From contig JABIHA010000020.1 in assembly GCA_018649885.1 (NCBI GenBank), forward strand, positions 124,001-154,488: a stretch of 30,488 nucleotides of DNA, given 5' to 3'. A program made the translations under genes and the position numbers. This document shows, one piece after another, positions 22,010 through 30,310 of the stretch. Each line of letters opens with the position of its first letter. Positions within the stretch are counted from its first letter, which is position 1. The DNA is from Bacteriovoracaceae bacterium. Lineage in GTDB: Bacteria > Bdellovibrionota > Bacteriovoracia > Bacteriovoracales > Bacteriovoracaceae. The notes below the pieces were generated by a model. That model saw only the letters and a list, made by a program, of their open reading frames with translations, did not search any database and was not told the DNA's origin.

Positions 22010-22454
22010 GATCACCTCTTTCAACATATCTATATATTGTTGTGTATAGTACTACAATTTATAGCATTAATAAAAGGTTGCCATAAATTTATCACTGCAA
22101 AACCCTACCCCATCTACAGCTAGATTTTCATAACTACGTTTGTCCTCTTCTTGAGACAACTCTAAATTTCCTTTGATAGGGCCAATAAGAGACTGAAAAA
22201 ACTGTTGAACAGTGGGCCACACAAATTGGCTGCCGTAATTAAAGAGTGCCAGCCCACCTTTAACAAATGTTCCCTGGAACCTGGAACCCTGATAAGTATG
22301 CTAGTAAAAATGATTGGAAATCAGATTTTAAAGTCAATTTCACTAGGTAAAAATTTAGATTAAATCATGGCCCCATAAAATCAAATCGATTTTAGTATTG
22401 TCTTGTTTTGTGGTAGCACTCAAAGTAATTTTTTGCACAAAGAGGGAGGGCAAA

Positions 22455-23021
22455 ATGAAGATTTTAATTTTAACATTTATTTTATCATTTAGTGCTTATG
22501 CTGAAATTAGTTTGAAGCTAGAAAGTTCAAGAATCCACCTTGGTGAGATGGAGCAGCTTGAAGGATCTACGGGGCATTTAGTTGTTAGAGCAATTAGAAC
22601 TTCTGAAACTCCAGAAGAAGTGGACATTATTGTAAATTATGACTATCAGTCGACAAGATGTGGAGAATGGATCGCAGGATATTGGGACTATTCGTGGAAT
22701 ACTAGAAATAGGAGAAGAAATCGAAATTGGAGAAGATATCGAACAAGAAGAAGGCATGTAGGTCACTGGGGAGAGTATCCAATTTGCATCTTCTATGAAG
22801 ATGTTGTTCTAAAGAAAACTCGAAAGATTGAATTAGATTTTGAAGATGCCGCCACATTAGATCCTGGAGAGGTGGAAGAATTTCTAATACACCTTGACCA
22901 AGAAAAGTTCGACTCTGATGACCTAGATATAAGTGCTAGAGTTCTTGAGTCACAGCATAATTATAAAATCAAAGTAAGAAGCAGATTTTCTGGTAAGAAA
23001 ATTAAATTCAAACTTAGGTGA
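22455..23021 (+). CDS. Secreted hypothetical protein with a Cys-flanked Arg/Trp-rich loop
   Basis: GGAGG RBS, signal peptide MKILILTFILSFSAYA, and C...RNRRRNRNWRRYRTRRRH...C. Confidence 0.8.
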   Translation: MKILILTFILSFSAYAEISLKLESSRIHLGEMEQLEGSTGHLVVRAIRTSETPEEVDIIVNYDYQSTRCGEWIAGYWDYSWNTRNRRRNRNWRRYRTRRRHVGHWGEYPICIFYEDVVLKKTRKIELDFEDAATLDPGEVEEFLIHLDQEKFDSDDLDISARVLESQHNYKIKVRSRFSGKKIKFKLR

Positions 23022-23040
23022 TTTCTTGTACTAAATAGTG

Positions 23041-23095
23041 CCGGCCCACTTTTGAGACACACTAAGTCCCAAAGGTGGGCCGGGACCATTTTATT
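23041..23095 (+). terminator. Long-stem intrinsic terminator / REP-like hairpin
   Basis: CCGGCCCACTTTTGAGAC / GTCCCAAAGGTGGGCCGG (16 of 18 complementary), followed by TTTTATTT. Confidence 0.7.
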
Positions 23096-23107
23096 TGTAT
23101 TAAAAAG

Positions 23108-23121
23108 TTGATCTTGATCAT
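23108..23121. promoter_or_regulatory. FNR-like box upstream of the radical SAM gene
   Basis: TTGATCTTGATCAT (one mismatch); no good -10 at class II spacing. Confidence 0.35.
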
Positions 23122-23357
23122 GACAAGAAAAATTAAACAATGATTGCACTCAAGTTCATATTTGATCAATTCTTTAAGTTATTATTAAAGAATAAAAATT
23201 TCTTGCGAGAACCATATTGTTATTATGATACTCGTCAGGATTGCTCAAATTGTGAAATATATTTATTACAAAAAAATATTCCTGGTATAGCATAAGCTCA
23301 TTCTCTTTTAATATTCCAATGTGACTTTTTAAATAATGTTAAAAAAAGGAAAGCGAT

Positions 23358-24650
23358 ATGCTACAAAAAGTTGTGTCCTCAAAGAAATTAAATCCACACA
23401 ATTACTACAGACTTCCTTGGTCTCTAACAGATAATGGTATTTCCTGGCTTGAAGTCACCACAAAGTGCAACCTCGCCTGCAAGGGGTGCTATCGTGACCC
23501 AAATAAGGAAGGCCATAAAACAATGGAAGAAATACGAGAGGAACTAAATATTTTTCAAGCAAAGAGAAAAAGTGACTGTATGTCTATTGCTGGAGGAGAC
23601 CCACTGGTTCACCCACAGATTGTAGAAATTGTGGCGATGGTAAAAGAAATGGGATGGAAGCCAATCCTTAACACCAATGGTCTAGCTCTCACTTTGAAAC
23701 TCTTAAAACAACTTAAAAAAGCTGGCGTCTACGGTTTTACCTTTCATATTGATACAACACAAGTGCGAGGAGACTCCAAGGCGACATTTGAAAAAGAGCA
23801 CAACCAGCTTCGAACTCAATTTGCCAAAATGCTCGCTGATGTAGGGGGATTGTCTTGCTCATTTAACCAGACTGTCTCTGAAAGAACGCTGACCCAGATT
23901 CCCGATACTGTAAACTGGGCCAAAGAAAATGCTGACATCGTCCATTCAATTGTTTTTATAATTTACAGAGAGCCTTCCATGGCCTCTGATATGCAATTCT
24001 TTGCGGGCGGTAAAGAAGTACCAAGTGCAGAGTCATATAATAATACTGATTTTTGCGGCGGCAGAATTTTAAAGACTCAAGATGTTGTGGATCAAATTAG
24101 AACTATAGATCCACAGTATGATCCATGTGGGTATTTGAATGGCACAGTGGATCCAGAAAGTTTTAAATGGACACTTGCAATTAGAGCTACTGATAAGAAA
24201 AAAGTCCATGGCTATATGGGAGCAAACTTTATGCAGGTGGTGCAAAGTGCTAATCATTTTTTTACAGGAAGATGGCTTAGCTATTGTGGACCTTCTATGC
24301 TAAAGATCGGGAAAACGACTATGCCACTTCTTGCCCCTCTTGATAGGGGAGCAAGGAAATCATTATTTAACTTTGCTAAAAATACCTTGAAAAACCCTCT
24401 AGCACTTTTAAAAAGAGTTAATTTGCAGACAATCGCTATCATCCAGGCAGTAGACTTTATGCCAGATGGACAAATTAATATGTGTGATGGTTGCCCTGAT
24501 ATTACTGTCTACAATGGAGAGCTATACTGGAGTTGCAGGTTAGAGGAAATCAAAGAACATGGTTGCTTCTATACCGCTGTCCCAAGAGCAAAACTTGCGA
24601 GCAAACCTGCAAAAAAGACATCTGCTAAAAAAATTAAAGAAAGAGTTTAA
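23358..24650 (+). CDS. Radical SAM protein with extra C-terminal Cys motif
   Basis: CNLACKGC, AGGDPL, LNTNG, and C-terminal MCDGCPD...WSCR. Confidence 0.9.
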   Translation: MLQKVVSSKKLNPHNYYRLPWSLTDNGISWLEVTTKCNLACKGCYRDPNKEGHKTMEEIREELNIFQAKRKSDCMSIAGGDPLVHPQIVEIVAMVKEMGWKPILNTNGLALTLKLLKQLKKAGVYGFTFHIDTTQVRGDSKATFEKEHNQLRTQFAKMLADVGGLSCSFNQTVSERTLTQIPDTVNWAKENADIVHSIVFIIYREPSMASDMQFFAGGKEVPSAESYNNTDFCGGRILKTQDVVDQIRTIDPQYDPCGYLNGTVDPESFKWTLAIRATDKKKVHGYMGANFMQVVQSANHFFTGRWLSYCGPSMLKIGKTTMPLLAPLDRGARKSLFNFAKNTLKNPLALLKRVNLQTIAIIQAVDFMPDGQINMCDGCPDITVYNGELYWSCRLEEIKEHGCFYTAVPRAKLASKPAKKTSAKKIKERV

Positions 24651-24691
24651 AGCGATTTCTCATCATGAATAAAGAGTGAGAGTAAAAAGTG

Positions 24692-25375
24692 CTACATACC
24701 CTTATACCTTTTCTTGCCAATAGCGATAAGCATCAGGGGAAGGTGTTTTTTAGAGATAGACCAATACTTCTGGAGATATGGGCGATCAAAGGCTCCGGCC
24801 ATTCCAGCTTTTAGTAAAAGCCCTTGGGCCTGTAAAAGTATATTTTGTGAGACGTGTCCCACTTCCATTAAAGTATAATCTCTCCCCTTTTTACCATACT
24901 TCTTAGTAGATCTGGAATATTGACCTGTAATCATAATTTTAATACCTGACTTATTCATCCATGGTTGAAGCACTGATGAGGGGATACCATGACTTTTATT
25001 TAAAATATTTTTTGCGATCAATTTTAAACTGTGTGTAATAGGCTGATAAAGGTAAGTGCCTCCTTCTACATTTTTCACACTCCCTTTACGTACAATTAAA
25101 TATAAATTTAGGGGATAAAGGGCCCCAGCAGAAGGTGACGATCTTAATTTTAAATTACCCCTGCGACCAGTTATTCCTTGTCCGGACCAAAGTAATTGAG
25201 AAATATCAGACAGAGCAATTTGCGTTCGAGCGAAAGATCTATAAGTACGCCTGTTGCTTATTGTTTCCTCGATACTTATTTTTCCTCTGATAATTGGTCT
25301 AGGAAGAGAAATCCCTACTGCCGAGAAAAGCTCACTATGCAAATAAGAATAGAATATCAATAGTAAGGGCCACAT
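24692..25375 (-). CDS. SagB/ThcOx-family FMN dehydrogenase (nitroreductase fold)
   Basis: RRTYRSF, QLLWSGQG, RSSPSAGALYPL, KYG.K...Y..MEVGHVSQN and GAFD. Confidence 0.88.
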   Translation of the reverse strand: MWPLLLIFYSYLHSELFSAVGISLPRPIIRGKISIEETISNRRTYRSFARTQIALSDISQLLWSGQGITGRRGNLKLRSSPSAGALYPLNLYLIVRKGSVKNVEGGTYLYQPITHSLKLIAKNILNKSHGIPSSVLQPWMNKSGIKIMITGQYSRSTKKYGKKGRDYTLMEVGHVSQNILLQAQGLLLKAGMAGAFDRPYLQKYWSISKKHLPLMLIAIGKKRYKGM

Positions 25376-25454
25376 TAAATTTTTCCTACCTTAATTTAAT
25401 AAATGCGAAAAAAGGGTGTCTGCCGCACGTCGTTTATTTAGTTTGTGTTTAAAA

Positions 25455-26030
25455 TTAAAAAATTCCTAAGTTAAAGGAAACTCCATAAGAAAAACCGGAT
25501 AATTTACTATTGCTTACGGTGGTCAGATCTACATCAGTAACAAACCTATAACCAAAAGTAAGGGCCCCTTTGAAGTTTTTGGTGATTTCATATAGAGCAC
25601 TAATTTCTGGCTCTGCCACATAAACACCATCATTACCTGCAATATTATCATTGAAATCGTACAAACCAGCTCCCAACAAAGCCCCCCCTGTAAAAGATAC
25701 TTTGTCATCCACTTGATAGATGTATTCAAAACTTGGTCCGCCATACACAAATTCAAGTGGATCTTTAAAATTTGCAAATGTAACATTATTGACTAGTCCA
25801 TAAGCGGCACCTCCTAGGCCAATGCTATGATCTATTAGCCATGCCGCTTTAGCGCCCGCAATTACTCCGTCACTGTTATTGATCCTGGTTATTTTGCCCA
25901 CGGGGGCACCGTAACCTCCGTACTCATACCTTGCTTTTTTAATGACGATTTCTCCTTTTGCAGTTTCCTGTGAAAATGCTATTTGAGAACTTAAAAAAAG
26001 TGCTTGTGTAATTATCAGAAATTTGTTCAT
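25455..26030 (-). CDS. Small outer-membrane beta-barrel protein
   Basis: Signal peptide, Gly/aromatic amphipathic strands, and a C-terminal Phe (YGVSFNLGIF). Confidence 0.8.
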   Translation of the reverse strand: MNKFLIITQALFLSSQIAFSQETAKGEIVIKKARYEYGGYGAPVGKITRINNSDGVIAGAKAAWLIDHSIGLGGAAYGLVNNVTFANFKDPLEFVYGGPSFEYIYQVDDKVSFTGGALLGAGLYDFNDNIAGNDGVYVAEPEISALYEITKNFKGALTFGYRFVTDVDLTTVSNSKLSGFSYGVSFNLGIF

Positions 26031-26115
26031 GGCGTAAGCCTCCCCGTTTTACCTAATCTAAGCCTTTTGTAATCTACAAATTTAAATTTAGTTATGTTTT
26101 GGCAATGTTTTTTTT

Positions 26116-26158
26116 CTGATTGATATCAAAAATCGACTAACTCTTTATCTACTACTAT
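26116..26158 (+). promoter_or_regulatory. FNR-type box plus -10 element upstream of the PWE peptide gene
   Basis: CTGATTGATATCAA (26116-26129), a 23-nt gap, then TACTAT (26153-26158). Confidence 0.55.
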
Positions 26159-26179
26159 TTAAATAATAAATTTTAATTC

Positions 26180-26193
26180 ATGACTAAAGTCAT
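26180..26193. promoter_or_regulatory. Second CRP/FNR-like palindrome
   Basis: ATGAC-TAAA-GTCAT, with perfect 5-bp arms and an N4 spacer. Confidence 0.45.
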
Positions 26194-26258
26194 AACTATT
26201 TATTGTAATTAAGGACAATATGTCAGTCTTATTCAAGGTCAAAAAGGAGGTGATATTC

Positions 26259-26435
26259 ATGAAAAATCAAATACCAAAGCTTGCAGAAGAAAAACCTTGG
26301 GAAACCCCAACTGAGTCTCCTTCGACAGCACCTTCAGAGGAGCCTACTACTGCACCTACTGAAAAACCGACGGAGCCAAATACCGACACACCTTGGGAAA
26401 GTCCCAGTGAGAAGCCTACGGAAAACTCCATTTAG
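26259..26435 (+). CDS. 58-aa acidic Pro/Thr/Glu-rich peptide with two PWE(T/S)P(T/S)E repeats
   Basis: Very strong RBS AAGGAGGTG before the ATG at 26259; ACCTTGGGAAA is repeated at 26294 and 26390. Confidence 0.75.
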   Translation: MKNQIPKLAEEKPWETPTESPSTAPSEEPTTAPTEKPTEPNTDTPWESPSEKPTENSI

Positions 26436-26466
26436 CTTTAAGTATTCCCGGACCTAGTGAGGTGAT

Positions 26467-26970
26467 TCATTTCCAAAACTGCCACCACTTTTTCTTGACA
26501 ACGGCTGCATCCTTTTTCTGAATAGTGTCAGAAACAATTTCATCTTCTTTAATACTGGCCACATCTAATTGTTTTTCTTTTTTTATACCTGACATATCAA
26601 ATTGTTTTTCTTTTTCAATCCCTGACTTATCTAATTGCTTTTCTTTCTCAATGCCAGCAAAATCTAATTCATCTTTACGATCACTTACCACCCCAATGTC
26701 CTCTTCATAAAAATCCACCACCTCTAGACCTTCTTCATCAATATCAATCAGCTCGGGATCCTCTATGTCGACACCATATAGACCTGACTCTTCCTCTTCA
26801 ATCCATCCAGTATCCGATTCTTTTTTTTCTACTTCTTCTAATGAACCATTAGCAATTAAATAACAATCTTGATTGTTGCATAACGAGCTAACAGATGCCA
26901 TGCCATCATTTATTAAACTCAAGCTACCTAGAAGTAATCTAAATATAAAAAAGGTGATTAAAATATTCAT
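26467..26970 (-). CDS. Acidic hypothetical protein with N-terminal hydrophobic segment, 11-aa repeats and a KKWWQFWK tail
   Basis: Repeats of LDxxGIEKEKQ and a GGAGA RBS. Confidence 0.75.
   Translation of the reverse strand: MNILITFFIFRLLLGSLSLINDGMASVSSLCNNQDCYLIANGSLEEVEKKESDTGWIEEEESGLYGVDIEDPELIDIDEEGLEVVDFYEEDIGVVSDRKDELDFAGIEKEKQLDKSGIEKEKQFDMSGIKKEKQLDVASIKEDEIVSDTIQKKDAAVVKKKWWQFWK
26563..26670 (-). repeat. 33-bp tandem repeat, about 3.3 copies, within the CDS
   Basis: ATC(T/A)AATT recurs at 26563, 26596, 26629 and 26662. Confidence 0.85.
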
Positions 26971-27054
26971 TTTCTATCTCCGGCCATAGTTTACATCTTT
27001 TCCTTTTTATTAAAGGTTGACAGTATTTGGATATGATTGCCATTTGTCTACACT

Positions 27055-27097
27055 TTGATCTATCTCAATAAAAACTAGCTTTGCTTTGAGTTATAAT
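27055..27097 (+). promoter_or_regulatory. FNR-type box plus perfect -10 upstream of the PRTase/DLH/VOC genes
   Basis: TTGATCTATCTCAA (27055-27068), a 23-nt gap, then TATAAT (27092-27097). Confidence 0.65.
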
Positions 27098-27153
27098 ACC
27101 ATTCATATGCAAAATCATAGTAGCAATGGTCTTTTAAATAAAGTCCGACTCCA

Positions 27154-27167
27154 GTGATTTAAATCAA
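27154..27167. promoter_or_regulatory. Additional FNR-like box
   Basis: GTGATTTAAATCAA (one mismatch). Confidence 0.45.
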
Positions 27168-27285
27168 ATGTGAAATTGATTGAATCACTATGTCTCAGGT
27201 TGAAATTTCTATATATAAATTACAATAAGAGGGGGCTAATGAAATTGATAAGTTTTAAGTGAAAAAACCATGGAGACTTTGAAAG

Positions 27286-27527
27286 ATGTTTAAAGATAGA
27301 AAAGAAGCAGGCAAACTGATCGCCCAAGAAATAAAAAAAAAGAATCGTCCATTTGATAATCTTGTCGTCATTGCTCTACCTAGGGAGGGAGTTCCTGTTG
27401 CTTTTGAAATTACTCAAAAACTGAAAATTCCCTTTGATATTTTCTCAGTGAAAAAAATGGGGCACCTTATAACCCAGAGCTAGCACTAGGTGCTGTAGTT
27501 AAGTATGGAGGCAGTGGTGGCACTTAA
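27286..27527 (+). pseudogene. Phosphoribosyltransferase-family gene, frameshifted and truncated
   Basis: MFKDRKEAG...VVIALPREGVPVAFEI...VKK continues in the -1 frame from 27462 as APYNPELALGAVV, then stops at 27525-27527. The PRPP-binding half is absent. Confidence 0.8.
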
Positions 27528-28203
27528 TGTACAAGAATATGAAGTCAATATAGCATTGAAAAATATAGATATTATGGGGGAGCTTTCGATTCCAAAGTAT
27601 TCTAAGGCACTCATTATCTTTTCCCACGGAAGCGGTAGTTCTCGCAAGAGTTCACGCAATCGTTATGTAGCAAAGGGTTTGAACCAGGCTGGATTTGCCA
27701 CTCTACTTTTTAATCTCTTAACTAGGGAAGAAGAAATGGATCGACAAAATGTTTTTAACATTCCCTTTTTAAGTGAAAGACTTTTACTAGTTACAAAATG
27801 GGCGCAAAAAGAAAGTAAGCTGAAGAGAATGCCTATTGGATATTTTGGGGCCAGTACAGGAGCTGCGGCTGCTCTTGTGGCGGCTGCAGATAGAAAAGAC
27901 ATCTTTGCCTTAGTTAGTCGGGGTGGAAGGCCTGACTTAGCTTTGGAACAACTTCATAAGGTTGAATGTCCTGTTCTTCTCATTGTAGGAAGTCAAGATT
28001 TTGAAGTTATCGAGCTTAATAAAAGTGCTAAAGCTTCTCTTAAACATAGCGAATTGAGTATCATTCCTAGTGCAACCCATTTATTTGAAGAACCTGGCAC
28101 CTTAGATGAAGTTATTGACTTGGCCACTAACTGGTTTGCAAAAAAGTTTCCTATTATAAAGGAAAAAGGCAATTTCTCTGAAGTTTGGCTAACGGGATTC
28201 TAA
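27517..28203 (+). CDS. Dienelactone-hydrolase-family alpha/beta hydrolase
   Basis: HGSGSSRKSSRN, GYFGASTGAAAAL, VSRGGRPDLA and ATHLFEEPG. The start is likely the GTG at 27517 after GGAGG; the ATG at 27505 is an alternative. Confidence 0.88.
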   Translation: MALNVQEYEVNIALKNIDIMGELSIPKYSKALIIFSHGSGSSRKSSRNRYVAKGLNQAGFATLLFNLLTREEEMDRQNVFNIPFLSERLLLVTKWAQKESKLKRMPIGYFGASTGAAAALVAAADRKDIFALVSRGGRPDLALEQLHKVECPVLLIVGSQDFEVIELNKSAKASLKHSELSIIPSATHLFEEPGTLDEVIDLATNWFAKKFPIIKEKGNFSEVWLTGF

Positions 28204-28260
28204 ATTTGATTAGTATAGATGGACATTGGTTTAGTCTGAAATGGTAAAAATGGAGGTGAA

Positions 28261-28638
28261 ATGAGTAAAGTAAACCCTGTCGGGTGGTTTGAAATTCCTA
28301 CTCAAAATATTATTCGTGCAAAAGGTTTTTATGAAAAAATTTTTGAAAAAAAACTTAGCCTCGACCAAATGAATGGATGGAAACTAGCTTGGTTCCCAAA
28401 AATGATTGAAGAAGAATATGGGGCAACAGGCACTTTAATAGAAGGTGATAGCTACGTCCCTTCGCATGAAGGTTCGTTGGTATATTTTTCAGTTCCAGAT
28501 ATTGATGCAACTTTAAAGAAAATTGAAGAAAATGGTGGTAGGATCTTACTTTCCAAAAAGAGTATTGGTGAGCATGGATTTATTGCCAATTTTGAGGATT
28601 GTGAAGGTAATCGAGTTGCATTACATTCTAAGACTTAA
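28261..28638 (+). CDS. VOC (glyoxalase/bleomycin resistance) family protein
   Basis: NPVGWFEIP...RAKGFYEKIF and F..FEDCEGNRVALHS; GGAGGTG RBS. Confidence 0.9.
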   Translation: MSKVNPVGWFEIPTQNIIRAKGFYEKIFEKKLSLDQMNGWKLAWFPKMIEEEYGATGTLIEGDSYVPSHEGSLVYFSVPDIDATLKKIEENGGRILLSKKSIGEHGFIANFEDCEGNRVALHSKT

Positions 28639-28685
28639 ATTAATATATCTTGAACTTAAATAAAACTGAATCAAGGTAGGAAAAT

Positions 28686-29767
28686 TTGAGAAAAGGAAGA
28701 AAACCATATGTAGAAATAACGGTACTGTTGATGATAATTTCTATAGCTATCATTAATATTTACCAAGATAGAAAAAAAGAAAACTACACACTTAAACTAA
28801 AGAAAAGCCTTCTCTTAAAAAAGAAACGAAAAGCAGTCCCATGGATAGATCTAAAGGGCAAGAATAACTCTAAAAAAATAATAGAAAAAAAACAAAAGTA
28901 AATTCTGTCCTTACCAGGACGAGTTATGATGATGAAAATGAAAAAGAGAGCTCAGGTGATATCATTCTTATGGAGACTTCTTTACTTGTAAATATAATAG
29001 AGCAGAGTCTTAAAAAATTGCGAGTTTTGAAGCTTGAGGATATTAACAGTGCAATAAAGGTCACCGATGAGATTATATTTCGGGAACCTGATAGTTATTC
29101 GGCCTATAAAGCAAAACTAATTTTACTTCTTGCTAAAGAATCAGGCCACTCTCAAGTCATTGATGACCATGAGATAGAAGAATTGCTAAACACTATGACC
29201 GAGTTTGATCTTATGAGTGGTAAAAGCTTGAGAAAAGAGGCACTTCTTATTTCCAAGGCAAACTCAGAGTTATTCACCTTGGAAGACGAAATTGAACAGA
29301 ATCTAGATGAATTGCAACAAATTGAAAACGAAATTGAGAGGGATGATGACAAGGAAATTACTGATAATAAGCAAGGACTCTTTTTTAGAAAAATAAATAT
29401 TGAAACAAAATTGAGTAAACTGACTAACTCAGCTGATGAAATAGAAAAAAAGCTAGAAGAAGGTCTATTGAGCGATGTTGAGTATTTAAACGAGGATTTG
29501 ATAGAAATTCCTCTCTACAGGGCTTTGGCAAAAGGCAAAGTTGAAAATGTCATAGAAGAAGCACACGCCTTATTAGAAGTATTCCCAGATTCTGTAAGTG
29601 GCCACTATTTTTTGATTTATGCCCTTGAACAAAGTGGGAGAATCAATGAACTTCTTGAAGTGTTTATGAGTTCTGCTTTGCCATCAGATAAATTACTGGA
29701 ACTTGAAGATCGTCTAAACCAGTCTATGGGAGAAGAGCCCAAAAACTACTGGAAAAGGTTGAGGTGA
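28686..29767 (+). CDS. Membrane-anchored coiled-coil/TPR-like hypothetical protein split by a -1 frameshift
   Basis: ORF 28686..28901 (TM anchor) overlaps the frame of ORF 28970..29767, which is open from 28874. An A8 tract at 28885-28892 lies in the overlap. Confidence 0.6.
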
Positions 29768-29781
29768 CCCAGAGGGACAGT

Positions 29782-29801
29782 TGGGGAGTCTATGCTCCCC
29801 A
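29782..29801. terminator. Hairpin between convergent genes
   Basis: TGGGGAG-TCTATG-CTCCCCA. Confidence 0.6.
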
Positions 29802-29812
29802 TTCTTGTCATT

Positions 29813-30238
29813 TTATTGGTGAATTTTTAAAAAACTGTCGAGCTCTTTTTCATTTTGGGTTAGAAAATTTCTAACAATTTCCCCACCTACCTTTTGCTGA
29901 AGAGGTCTAGACATTGCGTCTCTTATATACCCCACAAATGATGGTCCAGAAACTAAAGTTAGCTTATCAAACGTTCCTAAATGTCGATTTTTGTCGAGGT
30001 AGTCAGTAATTTTATTTGCAAATTTTCTCGCCAACTCTTCAGGATAATGTTCTTCAGAAATTCTGGTCTGATTACTTCTAAAAGAAGTATGAGCTGTTCC
30101 TGAGCGATCAGAGTAAAGATCTGACTCCCTTTGCCTCAATCTCTGATCACCTAAAGTTTGTAATTTAACATAGCCTTCGCGAACTTTTTCGAAGATTACA
30201 CACTCTCCTTTGTTCGCCATTACAATCCAGTCATTCAA
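29813..30238 (-). CDS. Host attachment protein family (baeRF12-like)
   Basis: WIVMAN...DLYSDRSG...FANKITDYL...FDKLTLVSGPSFVGYIRDAM. TTG start at 30238 after AAGGAGG. Confidence 0.85.
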   Translation of the reverse strand: MNDWIVMANKGECVIFEKVREGYVKLQTLGDQRLRQRESDLYSDRSGTAHTSFRSNQTRISEEHYPEELARKFANKITDYLDKNRHLGTFDKLTLVSGPSFVGYIRDAMSRPLQQKVGGEIVRNFLTQNEKELDSFLKIHQ

Positions 30239-30268
30239 AGTGGCCTCCTTGTCGTATTGTCCACTTTG

Positions 30269-30310
30269 AAGATACTTTTTATTTTGATAGCTAATAATGA
30301 TAATGGTCAA
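30269..30310 (-). promoter_or_regulatory. FNR-type box plus -10 element for the host attachment gene
   Basis: Minus strand TTGACCATTATCAT (30310-30297), a 22-nt gap, then TATCTT (30274-30269). The box centre is at about -41.5. Confidence 0.6.

Noticed and set aside
24692..25375. Thiazole/oxazole (TOMM) cluster
   Set aside because: No YcaO or E1-like partner is present; stand-alone SagB-like nitroreductases are widespread.
26259..26435. Graspetide precursor (Thr/Ser...Glu motifs)
   Set aside because: There is no ATP-grasp ligase in the window, and the motifs are Pro-rich and do not match known cores.
26563..26670. 33-bp periodic repeats as a CRISPR array
   Set aside because: They are tandem, in-frame coding repeats with no unique spacers, and no cas genes are present.
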